DNA of 58,536 nt, counting the filler, from an uncultured bacterium (GTDB lineage: Bacteria; Auribacterota; CAZIXI01), in NCBI GenBank assembly GCA_964543115.1. It is 2 parts of 2 records of this genome, joined end to end, with 100 filler letters (N's around TTAATTAATTAA, not from the genome) between each part and the next. Parts side by side here need not be neighbours in the genome. Positions count along the whole stretch, not along the records: positions 1 to 29,690 come from CAZIXI010000007.1; 1 more part is not named here. One strand, 5' to 3'. The position numbers and the translations under genes are program-made. The notes beneath the pieces were generated by a model. That model was not told the DNA's origin. It saw nothing but the letters and a program-made list of their open reading frames with translations, and did no database searches. Shown here piece by piece: positions 19,801 through 27,777 of the stretch. The first letter of the stretch is position 1. Each line of letters begins with the position of its first letter.

Positions 19801-21243
19801 TTCCCGGATGATGACACTGTCCGGTACAGTGGACTCCATTACCTTAACAAGATGCCTGCCCACCGGCACATCCGGAATATGATATCTGCCGTATTCGTCC
19901 GTTATTACGCTTACACCGTATTCGGTGAAAAGTTTGACTCCTGGTATGCCGAGTTCGGAGTTCGGAGTTCGGAGTTCGGAGGATTTATCCTGTACACCAT
20001 TGCCATTTACATCTAAAAAGACTTTACCGATGATCGTGCCTCTATCCATAAGCGCGTCATCGGTAACCAGAATCTTTACCTGATCGGAATTGCTCATCTG
20101 CTCATTGTTCCCCTGCCGGTAGCAAACAGAATTACTTTTATACTGCCCGGCCGGCGCGCCTGAAGAAACAATTGCCTGGTAGCTTACGGTAGCGCTGCCG
20201 CTACCATTAATGTAAGTAACCGGGAACACATACTTGCTATTATAGTCAACAAATGAAGCAGCACTATTATCCAGATAAGCGCTATCCGCGATATAATTAA
20301 AACCCCGCATCCGGGAGGCTTCCAGATTAATGTTTTCCTGCGGCAGAGAAGAATTATTCTCAACGGTTACATTAAAAGTGACAATATCTCCATTAACCAC
20401 CTGCCCTTTATTGGCGGCATAACCAATAGTCAAAACGCTGCCCCTGTCCACCGGAACATCCATGCGCTGGCGGACACCTTTAACGCGGAAAATTTCTCCA
20501 TGATCACCGTTACCGGTAGCTATTTTTTCATTGGAAGGGAAAATATAGCCCTGTTTCTGCACACGGATATAATAATCGCGGCTGGGCAGGTAAACAACAA
20601 AAGGATTGTTAGTGCTGCTGGTGATCAGGTTACCGCTGTCCCGGTAGATCTGGATTAACGGTGTGCTGACATTATCATTGTTAGCAGCATCATAGACCCG
20701 GACTGTCAGCTGCGTGCGCACTTCGCCTCCGCCCAGTGTTTTACTGGTGTAAAGCGAGCCGGCAGCCACAATATTAAAAACCTGCGGCAGTGTGGTATCT
20801 ACTAAAGTATATCCGCTGCTTTCTCCGTATGCCGACCCCACACCAGGAGACGCGCTGTTCCAGAACCGCACATAAATATTTTTGCCGGTGTAAGTGCTTT
20901 CACTAAATCCCACTGAATATTGGAAGTGGCCAGGCTTGTCAAAGGCCATATTTGCGCCGATACTACCAGTATTGGTGCCGGAGGTAAGCGGCATGAGAAC
21001 ATCATCACCGGCTGGTTGAATGGAGCCGGTATTGGAGATATCATTCAATCCGTCACCGTTAACATCAAGGATCAATTGCAGAAAATAGCCTTCGGCAAGT
21101 TTCGTGGAATAACTGCTGTCAGAATAGAGCGCTTCTCTATTGCCGGCGTTTACCGCTTCCCATTCCAATGTACCGGCATAAATAAGATGCGCAGGGAGGA
21201 ACAATAATATCAATACAGTTAAAATGGATAGTCTAAAATTCAT
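16855..21243 (-). CDS. Large exported protein: DUF11-like domain, SdrD-B-like domain and probable C-terminal outer-membrane beta-barrel
   Basis: Signal peptide; GDIVTFNVTVEN (DUF11-like); IIGKVFLDVNGNGVQD…GIPGVKL…TDEYGRYH; long amphipathic beta-rich C-terminal half ending in aromatic GWFVRVTAKY. Confidence 0.75.
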   Translation of the reverse strand: MNFRLSILTVLILLFLPAHLIYAGTLEWEAVNAGNREALYSDSSYSTKLAEGYFLQLILDVNGDGLNDISNTGSIQPAGDDVLMPLTSGTNTGSIGANMAFDKPGHFQYSVGFSESTYTGKNIYVRFWNSASPGVGSAYGESSGYTLVDTTLPQVFNIVAAGSLYTSKTLGGGEVRTQLTVRVYDAANNDNVSTPLIQIYRDSGNLITSSTNNPFVVYLPSRDYYIRVQKQGYIFPSNEKIATGNGDHGEIFRVKGVRQRMDVPVDRGSVLTIGYAANKGQVVNGDIVTFNVTVENNSSLPQENINLEASRMRGFNYIADSAYLDNSAASFVDYNSKYVFPVTYINGSGSATVSYQAIVSSGAPAGQYKSNSVCYRQGNNEQMSNSDQVKILVTDDALMDRGTIIGKVFLDVNGNGVQDKSSELRTPNSELGIPGVKLFTEYGVSVITDEYGRYHIPDVPVGRHLVKVMESTVPDSVIIRENPRWLTTTEGMLNNINFVLMPTEGQGIPETSTRIEREEKYEEVVREVEEVGPDGKIVRKRIKEYIKTEVVREVEIVKEEPLPKLQQPEVALAKREIEKPAIVKMKLLKDTFLVALAEGTLQKNVVGGNEDYYASQDRALKEGWRVNGRLAFTLLSTLFNKFDLLMSLDTERIRTAARKRLSWQKLMTNLDQDKYYPTYGDGSEVDFTATDTQDMVYARAAWDESEAKWGANKIDLPLYQKAYHGGMVDYQSVGQTKFGRPWTEVDGFYARERQKSAHDEFVGTGGSLYYLKHEDVVEGSEMINVVVRDRLSSRVLATIPLKEQQDYEIDYLQGRILLTQPLSSVAGVQSSGLVSNDLLAGQKLVLAADYLYHSENLDQTSYGGRLAQNITDYVTVEGMYVKEEKATDPYKLYGAKTTLQFDEHTVISARYSRSEDTQLASGLSFDGGFNFTMNSDTWSNGHSGSEVDLQAQTLLFEKLNLNAGYTNTGSNFNATATQDRSGVESYYASAVMAITERISAGLKHYTQKANAGSFRTLTTGNTDMHVTTAMADYTYEKIDIGVELQHQEVDKPLSAYTYTGTLPLQNNDFVAARLGYKLNERFQPFIRGQGTLSGRANNQVTLGTDVKLRDDIYARLAETVGNLGNATQFGLNKVLNNGTTQYSNIELGRHMDLGRYVKSVSGQSAPINNRARIYMEEDYSSYQEKLIRGKVLGFVQELANNWQVGANYERSHYNDKDNLVNRDSGSVSASYLKLDFLKLFSKLELREDKKTSSRLRQWVTQNKAEWYVTQSLSVLGRANLSTSREKEADYLMAKFSELGVGAAYRPVECDQLNVLTKYSYITDRPPLERTTTGLLSNLRKHVMSLEGNFDINQYLGFVAKCAYRKQDEKTGIYDWLNSNTLLYLGRINVYVAKKWNIATEYRTLANDQLNDNKSGWLLEVQRTVADNFQIGAGYNFTDFDDDLTNRDDYDARGWFVRVTAKY
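19951..19980. repeat. Heptamer tandem repeat (GAGTTCG)x4 inside a CDS
   Basis: Four exact copies plus GA; encodes SELRTPNSEL on the minus strand. Confidence 0.9.
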
Positions 21244-21380
21244 TTAAGAATAAATATAATTATTAATATTTATTTTATAGTAATAATTTCAATTATTATA
21301 TATATAAGACCGTCTTTTGTAAAGGAGATTTTGGGGGAAATTCAGTCAACTTCTTGCACCCAGCCGTTATAGGAATAGTT

Positions 21381-22202
21381 TTACAGCTTCAATTCCTTCT
21401 TCAGCTCTCTGATCTTTGTAAAAATTGGTGTTGGTGGTTCACGATTTTCGCCGGGTTTGGGTAGGGGAACTTTTTTTAGCGCGGTTTGATAGGCCGTTAG
21501 TGCCTCTTTTAGGCTGCCCTGGCCTTCCAGCGCCAGGCCTTTGTACCAATAGCCCCAGGAAGAGGCAGGCGCTTCTGCAATTAATTTATCAGCTGTCTGA
21601 AGCAGCTTATCATAATCTTTCAGCTCAGATTCAATAAATGCCTGCCGCAAAAGTATACCTTTCCCGGAAGTTTTTGTTTCTGGAATTATTACTTTATTAG
21701 AAACTATATTGTATTTTCCTGCTTTCATTTTGGCTTGCAGCAATTGCCCCGCAGCGGGAACTGCTACTGGAGGAATTTTGTAGCGGGCAATTATTGTGTC
21801 TTTGGGCCCTAAAACCAGTTTTGTTTCTTTTGGCGCAAAAACAAGTTCAGCATCTGTAAGCTTTTTGCCAGATTCATCTGCTTTATCCTTATAAATATAA
21901 AAGACAACATCATCTTTCCAGGTGCTTTTCTTTAGTGAAAGCTTAACTGGTTTTACCTCCTTTTTATCTTCCTCTTTCTTGTTGATATTATAATATGAAG
22001 CTTGGCGGGTAATCCGGCTGTAAAGGTTCAGGGTAATAATAGAAGGTGTATTTTTAACACCTTGAACGTATTGAATAGCAATATTAACGGGAATCGACGG
22101 AGGCTTTTTTGTCTTCTTTTCTTTAGCACGGCCGCAGCCAAAAAAACTGAGAACAATTAGTGCAAATAAAATAATGTATTTATATTTATTGTTTCTCTTC
22201 AT
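21381..22202 (-). CDS. Predicted lipoprotein with C-terminal TPR
   Basis: Basic N-terminus, hydrophobic stretch and lipobox FFG-C; WGYWYKGLALEGQGSLKEALTAYQTAL is TPR-like. Confidence 0.7.
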   Translation of the reverse strand: MKRNNKYKYIILFALIVLSFFGCGRAKEKKTKKPPSIPVNIAIQYVQGVKNTPSIITLNLYSRITRQASYYNINKKEEDKKEVKPVKLSLKKSTWKDDVVFYIYKDKADESGKKLTDAELVFAPKETKLVLGPKDTIIARYKIPPVAVPAAGQLLQAKMKAGKYNIVSNKVIIPETKTSGKGILLRQAFIESELKDYDKLLQTADKLIAEAPASSWGYWYKGLALEGQGSLKEALTAYQTALKKVPLPKPGENREPPTPIFTKIRELKKELKL

Positions 22203-22204
22203 AC

Positions 22205-24265
22205 TTAATACCCCTTTAAGGTAACTTTCTTTTTACAATCACCAATGGCGGCATTTGCGGCAACAGGATAAGGTTTCCCATCAACTGTTCTTTCTCCCGG
22301 GGCGTTTATTTCTGTTCCTGTCTGTTGGTCGCAGAATGTTGTCAGGCTATCTGGTCCTTCATAATAAGGATAATCATAAGGGCCGTCTCCTCTTCCGCCC
22401 GCACCGTAATACTCAGCAGGCGGATCATACCTCATAATACAGCTAATGTCTCCTGACCACAAACCACCCCTGCGGGCCGTTCCGTCATAATCATTGTGTC
22501 CATGGTGTTCTATATTTACCGCATGCCCCAGTTCGTGACCAACGGTAACATCATAATTTGAACAGACACTGGGGTTGATAATAATTTCGATAATATCCTT
22601 TGGTGGTCCCGGCCCGCCTATTGTTTCCCCAGTTACAACCCAGCCCTCAGTTCCACTTTCACCAAGAATTCCCTCCCGTATTATTATTCCCTTCTGCCCC
22701 TGTGAGAGTTTTCCCCAGCCGCGGTTAAAGTTAACCACCCGGGTCTGTGGATCGAATTCATTTTCATCAATTAGATGCACCTTTAATCCCAATGTAGTAA
22801 AATAACCAACACCTCTGCCAATTCTGTCACGGATAAATATATCCTTTACCCCTGGAACGGTGGCCATCGAACCCCATAATCCGTCCACTAAAAATCCGCG
22901 GTACTCTTCATAGTTGGAAAGTCCATCTCCCTTTTCTGCGGTTAATCCTTCCGGCATACTGTCATTATCTGCGTCAGCCGGCTCATGAGAAATATCCCAC
23001 ATCCGTTCCCACCAGTCAGCAATCCGGTCTTCATCTTCATCACGGGGAACAGTAATACTTTCTCCACCGCCTTCTACTTCTGCCTCATATTTTTGCCCCT
23101 CTACAAAAACTTCCGCTTTCAATCGTCCCCAAGCACCGTAATCAAGAGAGTTAATTGTTACTGTAGCCTCATTCATGGTTTCAGTAGTTTCTATTTTCCA
23201 GCCATCGGCTGTTTGCTCTGGTTCAGTAAAGCCGCTCTGTCCCTCAGCAAATTCCAAATCAAAATCTTCACTGTCGCCGGCATTTAGGCAATATCCTTTT
23301 TCATTACTTACATCATAAAGGGTAAAAACCCATTTACCTTCAAGATCCGTATACTCTTCTATCCGGGCTGTAACTTGCAGTGGTTCCGCATCTTCACCAA
23401 CCATTGGGCGCCAATGTTCCTTGGCCTTTTCCAAAACCACATCTATGTCAAGCCGCTTGGAGATGTTCCAATTAATCATGTTGGTAATTCCGCCATCCGC
23501 CCAGGAAGTTGTGCAGCTGCCACTCATCACTTCATCTTCTATTATCCGCATTTCCTTATCCCAGGCCCGCGGCATTTGCGCCTGCACGGGGCTGCCTAAA
23601 CATGCCTCCACACCCATCACACTAAATGGCCCGTCAGGAATTGGACCGTCAATTGGGCCAAACGGCTGATAATGGTACGCACCATTAACTTTAAAATGCA
23701 GCATTATTGGACTATTTATTGTAGAAATCCTCGTATCAGGCGGATCGAAATTAACATCCGTGATCGTAATCACTTTTTCATACTTTTGCGTTTTCCCGCT
23801 GGCAGATTCAAGACTGTAAAAGCCACTGGGTAAAAGTTCCGCTAAGGGATCATCATCGGAGAGACTATAATAGATCCAGCCCCAGGAGCTGATTGCGCCG
23901 GAGCCGCCGGCGCTGCCGGAGTGAACCTTTTCACAGTAGCCGTTACTTTGATCAATGTGGACAACACCGCCCACTTCACTGGACCAGGTAGAGCCGCAAT
24001 CATCCAGTTTCACAAATTCTCCCACCAAATTACCCTCGGCATCCTTGACGTTGAGACGCACTGTTTCTTTCATTTTGGGTTTTAAGTACCATTTGGTAGT
24101 AACGTCGCCGTGTTCGCCGCCGTGAATTATCTGGGTAGTGTTGATTTTTCCTTCCCAGCGAAAAGGAATATCATCACTGGCAGCAAAAGCAACGCTGCTG
24201 AGAGCAAAAACAGCAAATAGGATAATCACTGTCTTACTTAGAGAAATCAAAACTGGAAATAGCAT
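22205..24265 (-). CDS. Secreted metzincin-like zinc metallopeptidase with Asp-rich Ca-binding-like motif (start uncertain: 24334, 24265 or GTG 24229)
   Basis: Signal peptide ending VAFA; DEDRIADWWE…DADNDS…GDGLSNYEEY; HELGHAVNIEH (HExxHxx[G/N]xxH) followed by CIMRY Met-turn. Confidence 0.7.
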   Translation of the reverse strand: MLFPVLISLSKTVIILFAVFALSSVAFAASDDIPFRWEGKINTTQIIHGGEHGDVTTKWYLKPKMKETVRLNVKDAEGNLVGEFVKLDDCGSTWSSEVGGVVHIDQSNGYCEKVHSGSAGGSGAISSWGWIYYSLSDDDPLAELLPSGFYSLESASGKTQKYEKVITITDVNFDPPDTRISTINSPIMLHFKVNGAYHYQPFGPIDGPIPDGPFSVMGVEACLGSPVQAQMPRAWDKEMRIIEDEVMSGSCTTSWADGGITNMINWNISKRLDIDVVLEKAKEHWRPMVGEDAEPLQVTARIEEYTDLEGKWVFTLYDVSNEKGYCLNAGDSEDFDLEFAEGQSGFTEPEQTADGWKIETTETMNEATVTINSLDYGAWGRLKAEVFVEGQKYEAEVEGGGESITVPRDEDEDRIADWWERMWDISHEPADADNDSMPEGLTAEKGDGLSNYEEYRGFLVDGLWGSMATVPGVKDIFIRDRIGRGVGYFTTLGLKVHLIDENEFDPQTRVVNFNRGWGKLSQGQKGIIIREGILGESGTEGWVVTGETIGGPGPPKDIIEIIINPSVCSNYDVTVGHELGHAVNIEHHGHNDYDGTARRGGLWSGDISCIMRYDPPAEYYGAGGRGDGPYDYPYYEGPDSLTTFCDQQTGTEINAPGERTVDGKPYPVAANAAIGDCKKKVTLKGY

Positions 24266-24767
24266 TTTTATAAATGTTTTTATCATAAACGCTGTTATCG
24301 GCAGTATAGACAATGACGTATAAAAATCCCTCATTATACAGTATGCCCTGTGTCTGCCGGAGGGGCTTACCGTTGTAGAGATATTTCACATCTGTTTCCC
24401 GAACCATTCTGTCATTAATCGTACTATAGGCATCCTTGCTTAACTTAAAACCTTCGGCACTGGAAAGATCGCCTAAAAGTTGTTTGGTTAAAATATCTAT
24501 TGCTCCCTTGGTATGTTCTTCGCTGGGAATGGTTACTGGTATCTTCTGTACATTAAGGGAATTAACCGGGTCATTTTCCGCGGTGGCAACAATAATATAA
24601 ACCACTACCGCACTAGTATTATCCGCATCTAACCAGCCATCAGGCACCTTAAGGTAAAACTTATTTTCCGGATCGGAATGCATGGTAAATTTCACTTCAG
24701 CAAAGACGGGATTAATTGTGCTGCAAATCACAAAAATAAAAACAAATAACAAAAATATTTTTTTCAT
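24234..24767 (-). CDS. Exported PsbP/DcrB-like protein
   Basis: GGAGG RBS; signal peptide MKKIFLL…VFA; FYLKVPDGW and YVIVYTA patterns. Confidence 0.6.
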   Translation of the reverse strand: MKKIFLLFVFIFVICSTINPVFAEVKFTMHSDPENKFYLKVPDGWLDADNTSAVVVYIIVATAENDPVNSLNVQKIPVTIPSEEHTKGAIDILTKQLLGDLSSAEGFKLSKDAYSTINDRMVRETDVKYLYNGKPLRQTQGILYNEGFLYVIVYTADNSVYDKNIYKNAISSFDFSK

Positions 24768-24843
24768 CAACACCTCCGGGCTAGAGTTAACCAATAGCAA
24801 TAAGATGTTAAATTATAGCAAAACATAGACAATTACACTATAA

Positions 24844-27525
24844 TTAATAACTCTTGCCAATACTGCAGTGGCCGTCAGCCCAGTCAATACCACCGGCGCT
24901 CCAATACATTGCCCGGTCCACAATAATTTCAACACCATTTGTTGATTCAATTTTTGCCGCCACCGCGCTTTCATCCGGAACAATACTGTTTACATGAATA
25001 GTCTGACGGCTGGTTGGTTCTATAGTCAGGGTTTGCGTAACTGTCTGTCCGTCACTCTTCATATATATAACCGTACATTCTGCTGAATACTGCGCAGGAT
25101 TCTGAATCAGGATATATTCATCAAAACCCTTGGTGCAGCCTTCCGCCAGATACCAAAGGGTACTGGTTTCTGTTGCCGCACAGCTGCTGTGTCCGCCGGC
25201 CCAGGCTGTTTGGGCAGTGTCCCAATACATTACCCTTTCTGCCACTATTTCTGTTCCATTAGTGGTTTCTACCATTGTAGACACATCACTCTCATCCTGC
25301 ATATAGTCATTAACATAAATGGTTTTGCGGCTATTGGGCAATAAATTGACAGTTTGTTCCACAGTTTGAGCATTGGCATTCATAAAAGTTACTTTAGCTA
25401 CAGCAGTAGTTTCATCCGGATTCTGCAGCAAAATATATTCGTCAAATCCCCTGGCAGCACCTTCGGCTAAATACCAGGTAGAATTTGTTTCCGTTACGCC
25501 GCAGCTGTTATGTCCGCCAGCCCAACTAACACCACCGGCATCCCAATACATTGATCTTTCAACAACAACGGGCACTCCATTTACAGACAATATTTTCACG
25601 GCAACTTCTTCATTTGCTACTACATCATTAACGTAAATGGTGAAGCGACTGGTGGCTTTAACGGTAATGTTTCGCTCAATTAAATCTCCGTCGGTCCGCA
25701 TAAATACCGCTTTTACTTCTGCATCACTGGTAGTAGGGTTTTGCATGAGCACATATTCATAAAATCCGTTTGTGCAGCCTTCTGCCAAATACCAGGCTGT
25801 AGCAGCTTCCGTCAGGCCCAGGCTTGTATGCCCGCCGGCCCAGCTAATGCCGCCGGCATCCCAATACATTGCCCGTTCAGCCACAACACCATCGTCAGCC
25901 TCAATCTTAACCGCCACTTCGGCATTCGGCACAATATCATTTACACAAATAGTATATCTTGAGGTGGCGCCAACAATAATGTTTTGTTCAACAGTGGTGC
26001 CGTCCAACTTCATATAAGTCACTGTGCAGTTTACGCTGACAGAACCCGGATTCTGAATCAATAACCATTCGGCAAATGTCCCCTCTGTACAACCTTCGGC
26101 AAAATACCAGGTTGTAGATGTACCATCACCATCTTCTTCGCCAACAACAGTATCGTCATCCCCGATTGATTCATGTGTATTGACTACATTTACCGTCACA
26201 GAAGATTTAGCATATAGATAACCTTCATCTGTAACCTTAAGCGTAAAATTATGCTCCCCGGGTAAATAGGCTTGGGTATTAATTGTAAATTCTACATTCC
26301 CGTCAGCATCTGGATTAGCCTCATTGCCAATTAAGCTGCCATTCTCATCATATAGACCTACGATTAAATTCTCAATATCTCCCATATCGCTAACCACTGC
26401 CTGAATGGTTGTTTCGTCACCAACTTCGATTTTACTGATTGAACAATCTAATACTTCAATACTGGGAAAATAATTATAAGCCAGGCCAACCAGCCACTCA
26501 TAACGGTCATGGGGATTGCGCCAGCAAAGGTAGAGGGTGCAGAGATCATCTTCAACATAGGCACGGCAGCTAATCCATAAACTATCTTCATTAATAATAT
26601 CAGAATCATATCGTGTCCAATCTGTACCATTAGCAGAAGTAGCCAAGGCAACTGAACGTTTTTGATGTTCGCCGGAATCAATTCCTGCCTGATAAAAAAA
26701 GATGTATTCATCGTTATAGGGCAAAACGCCATTCAACGCTACCCGGTGTTCATCATATCCTGTTCCAAATGGTTCAAATACCGGATTGCCTTCATATCTT
26801 TCCCAGGTTATACCATCATTAGAGGTGGCCATGCCGATAGCCGTATAGGCAGAATATTCCGCTCCGCTGATACTGCCCGTATACCAGAGCATATAAGTAC
26901 CATCTTCGTTTTTTATCACCTGTACAAGGTGAGTATTGATGCTGTCCCAATCAACAGAATCAGCAACTGGTTCAAAAACAGGATTATTTTCATATTTGGT
27001 CCAATTAATTCCATCAGCAGAAGTGGCATAACAGACACTTGCCCCAGTAGAGGTTCTATTCATATAGCCAATATACCACATCTTAAAAGTTTCTGTCTCT
27101 TCATCGTACATTACACAAGTACCGCCAACCGCAACATCATCCACTCCGGCCTGCTCCCCTGGGATAAGTACTGAATCATAATCATCATTTTCTGTCTCTG
27201 TTTTTACCCAATCCAGGCCATTGTCAGAAGTAGCGTGACAGATAGAAAAACGCTTGTAGGGATAACCGCCAACCGTGAACCACATATGATACTGACCGTC
27301 TATTTTTAAGATAGTATTAGGCCAGGAAATCTTGTGATAGCGAGGAATCGGCCCACCGCAATAATCACTTCCCCGCATAATGGGATTTTCCCAAGTATCA
27401 TCATGTAGTTCCCAACCGGTGGTTTCAGTTTCTGGTTCCAGATATTCAACTATCGCTAGACTGCAAATAAGAGTCACCACCGCAAAACCAACGATGATCA
27501 TTGACTTTTTTAGGTTTGTATTCAT
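24844..27525 (-). CDS. Exported modular protein: five-bladed beta-propeller glycosidase-like domain, Ig-like linker and four DUF5719-like repeats
   Basis: Repeated blades (YxMWY…YATSxDGxxWxKYxxNPV); four repeats WY[F/L]AEG…EYxLxQNP…ERxMYW…WAGGH. Confidence 0.72.
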   Translation of the reverse strand: MNTNLKKSMIIVGFAVVTLICSLAIVEYLEPETETTGWELHDDTWENPIMRGSDYCGGPIPRYHKISWPNTILKIDGQYHMWFTVGGYPYKRFSICHATSDNGLDWVKTETENDDYDSVLIPGEQAGVDDVAVGGTCVMYDEETETFKMWYIGYMNRTSTGASVCYATSADGINWTKYENNPVFEPVADSVDWDSINTHLVQVIKNEDGTYMLWYTGSISGAEYSAYTAIGMATSNDGITWERYEGNPVFEPFGTGYDEHRVALNGVLPYNDEYIFFYQAGIDSGEHQKRSVALATSANGTDWTRYDSDIINEDSLWISCRAYVEDDLCTLYLCWRNPHDRYEWLVGLAYNYFPSIEVLDCSISKIEVGDETTIQAVVSDMGDIENLIVGLYDENGSLIGNEANPDADGNVEFTINTQAYLPGEHNFTLKVTDEGYLYAKSSVTVNVVNTHESIGDDDTVVGEEDGDGTSTTWYFAEGCTEGTFAEWLLIQNPGSVSVNCTVTYMKLDGTTVEQNIIVGATSRYTICVNDIVPNAEVAVKIEADDGVVAERAMYWDAGGISWAGGHTSLGLTEAATAWYLAEGCTNGFYEYVLMQNPTTSDAEVKAVFMRTDGDLIERNITVKATSRFTIYVNDVVANEEVAVKILSVNGVPVVVERSMYWDAGGVSWAGGHNSCGVTETNSTWYLAEGAARGFDEYILLQNPDETTAVAKVTFMNANAQTVEQTVNLLPNSRKTIYVNDYMQDESDVSTMVETTNGTEIVAERVMYWDTAQTAWAGGHSSCAATETSTLWYLAEGCTKGFDEYILIQNPAQYSAECTVIYMKSDGQTVTQTLTIEPTSRQTIHVNSIVPDESAVAAKIESTNGVEIIVDRAMYWSAGGIDWADGHCSIGKSY

Positions 27526-27777
27526 ATTCGTACCCCCCTTTTGTTACTAATCATATATACAATTATTATGCCATTTTTCATAAAAAACCGCGAAAATCGA
27601 CATAGGGCATTGGGCACAATAACTTTAAGGGCTTTACAGAATTTTGCAACGGAGATGTGTTTGAACACAATTTCGGAAGAGAAACCCTATTTTTGCGGAC
27701 TATTTTCCAATCCCTCTATATAACAAAAACTTGCTTCCTTGACAATTGCCTACATCAATAAGAGCGAGAACCGGCTT

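Noticed and set aside
24234..24334. 100-nt overlap between the PsbP-like and metzincin genes as an overprinted region
   Set aside because: Downstream starts (24265 or GTG 24229) give a normal signal peptide and shorten or remove the overlap.
27526..27777. IS-end-like sequence and the 60-aa ORF 27541-27723
   Set aside because: Only weak similarity to the MITE TIR, no partner end, and the ORF has no RBS or motif.
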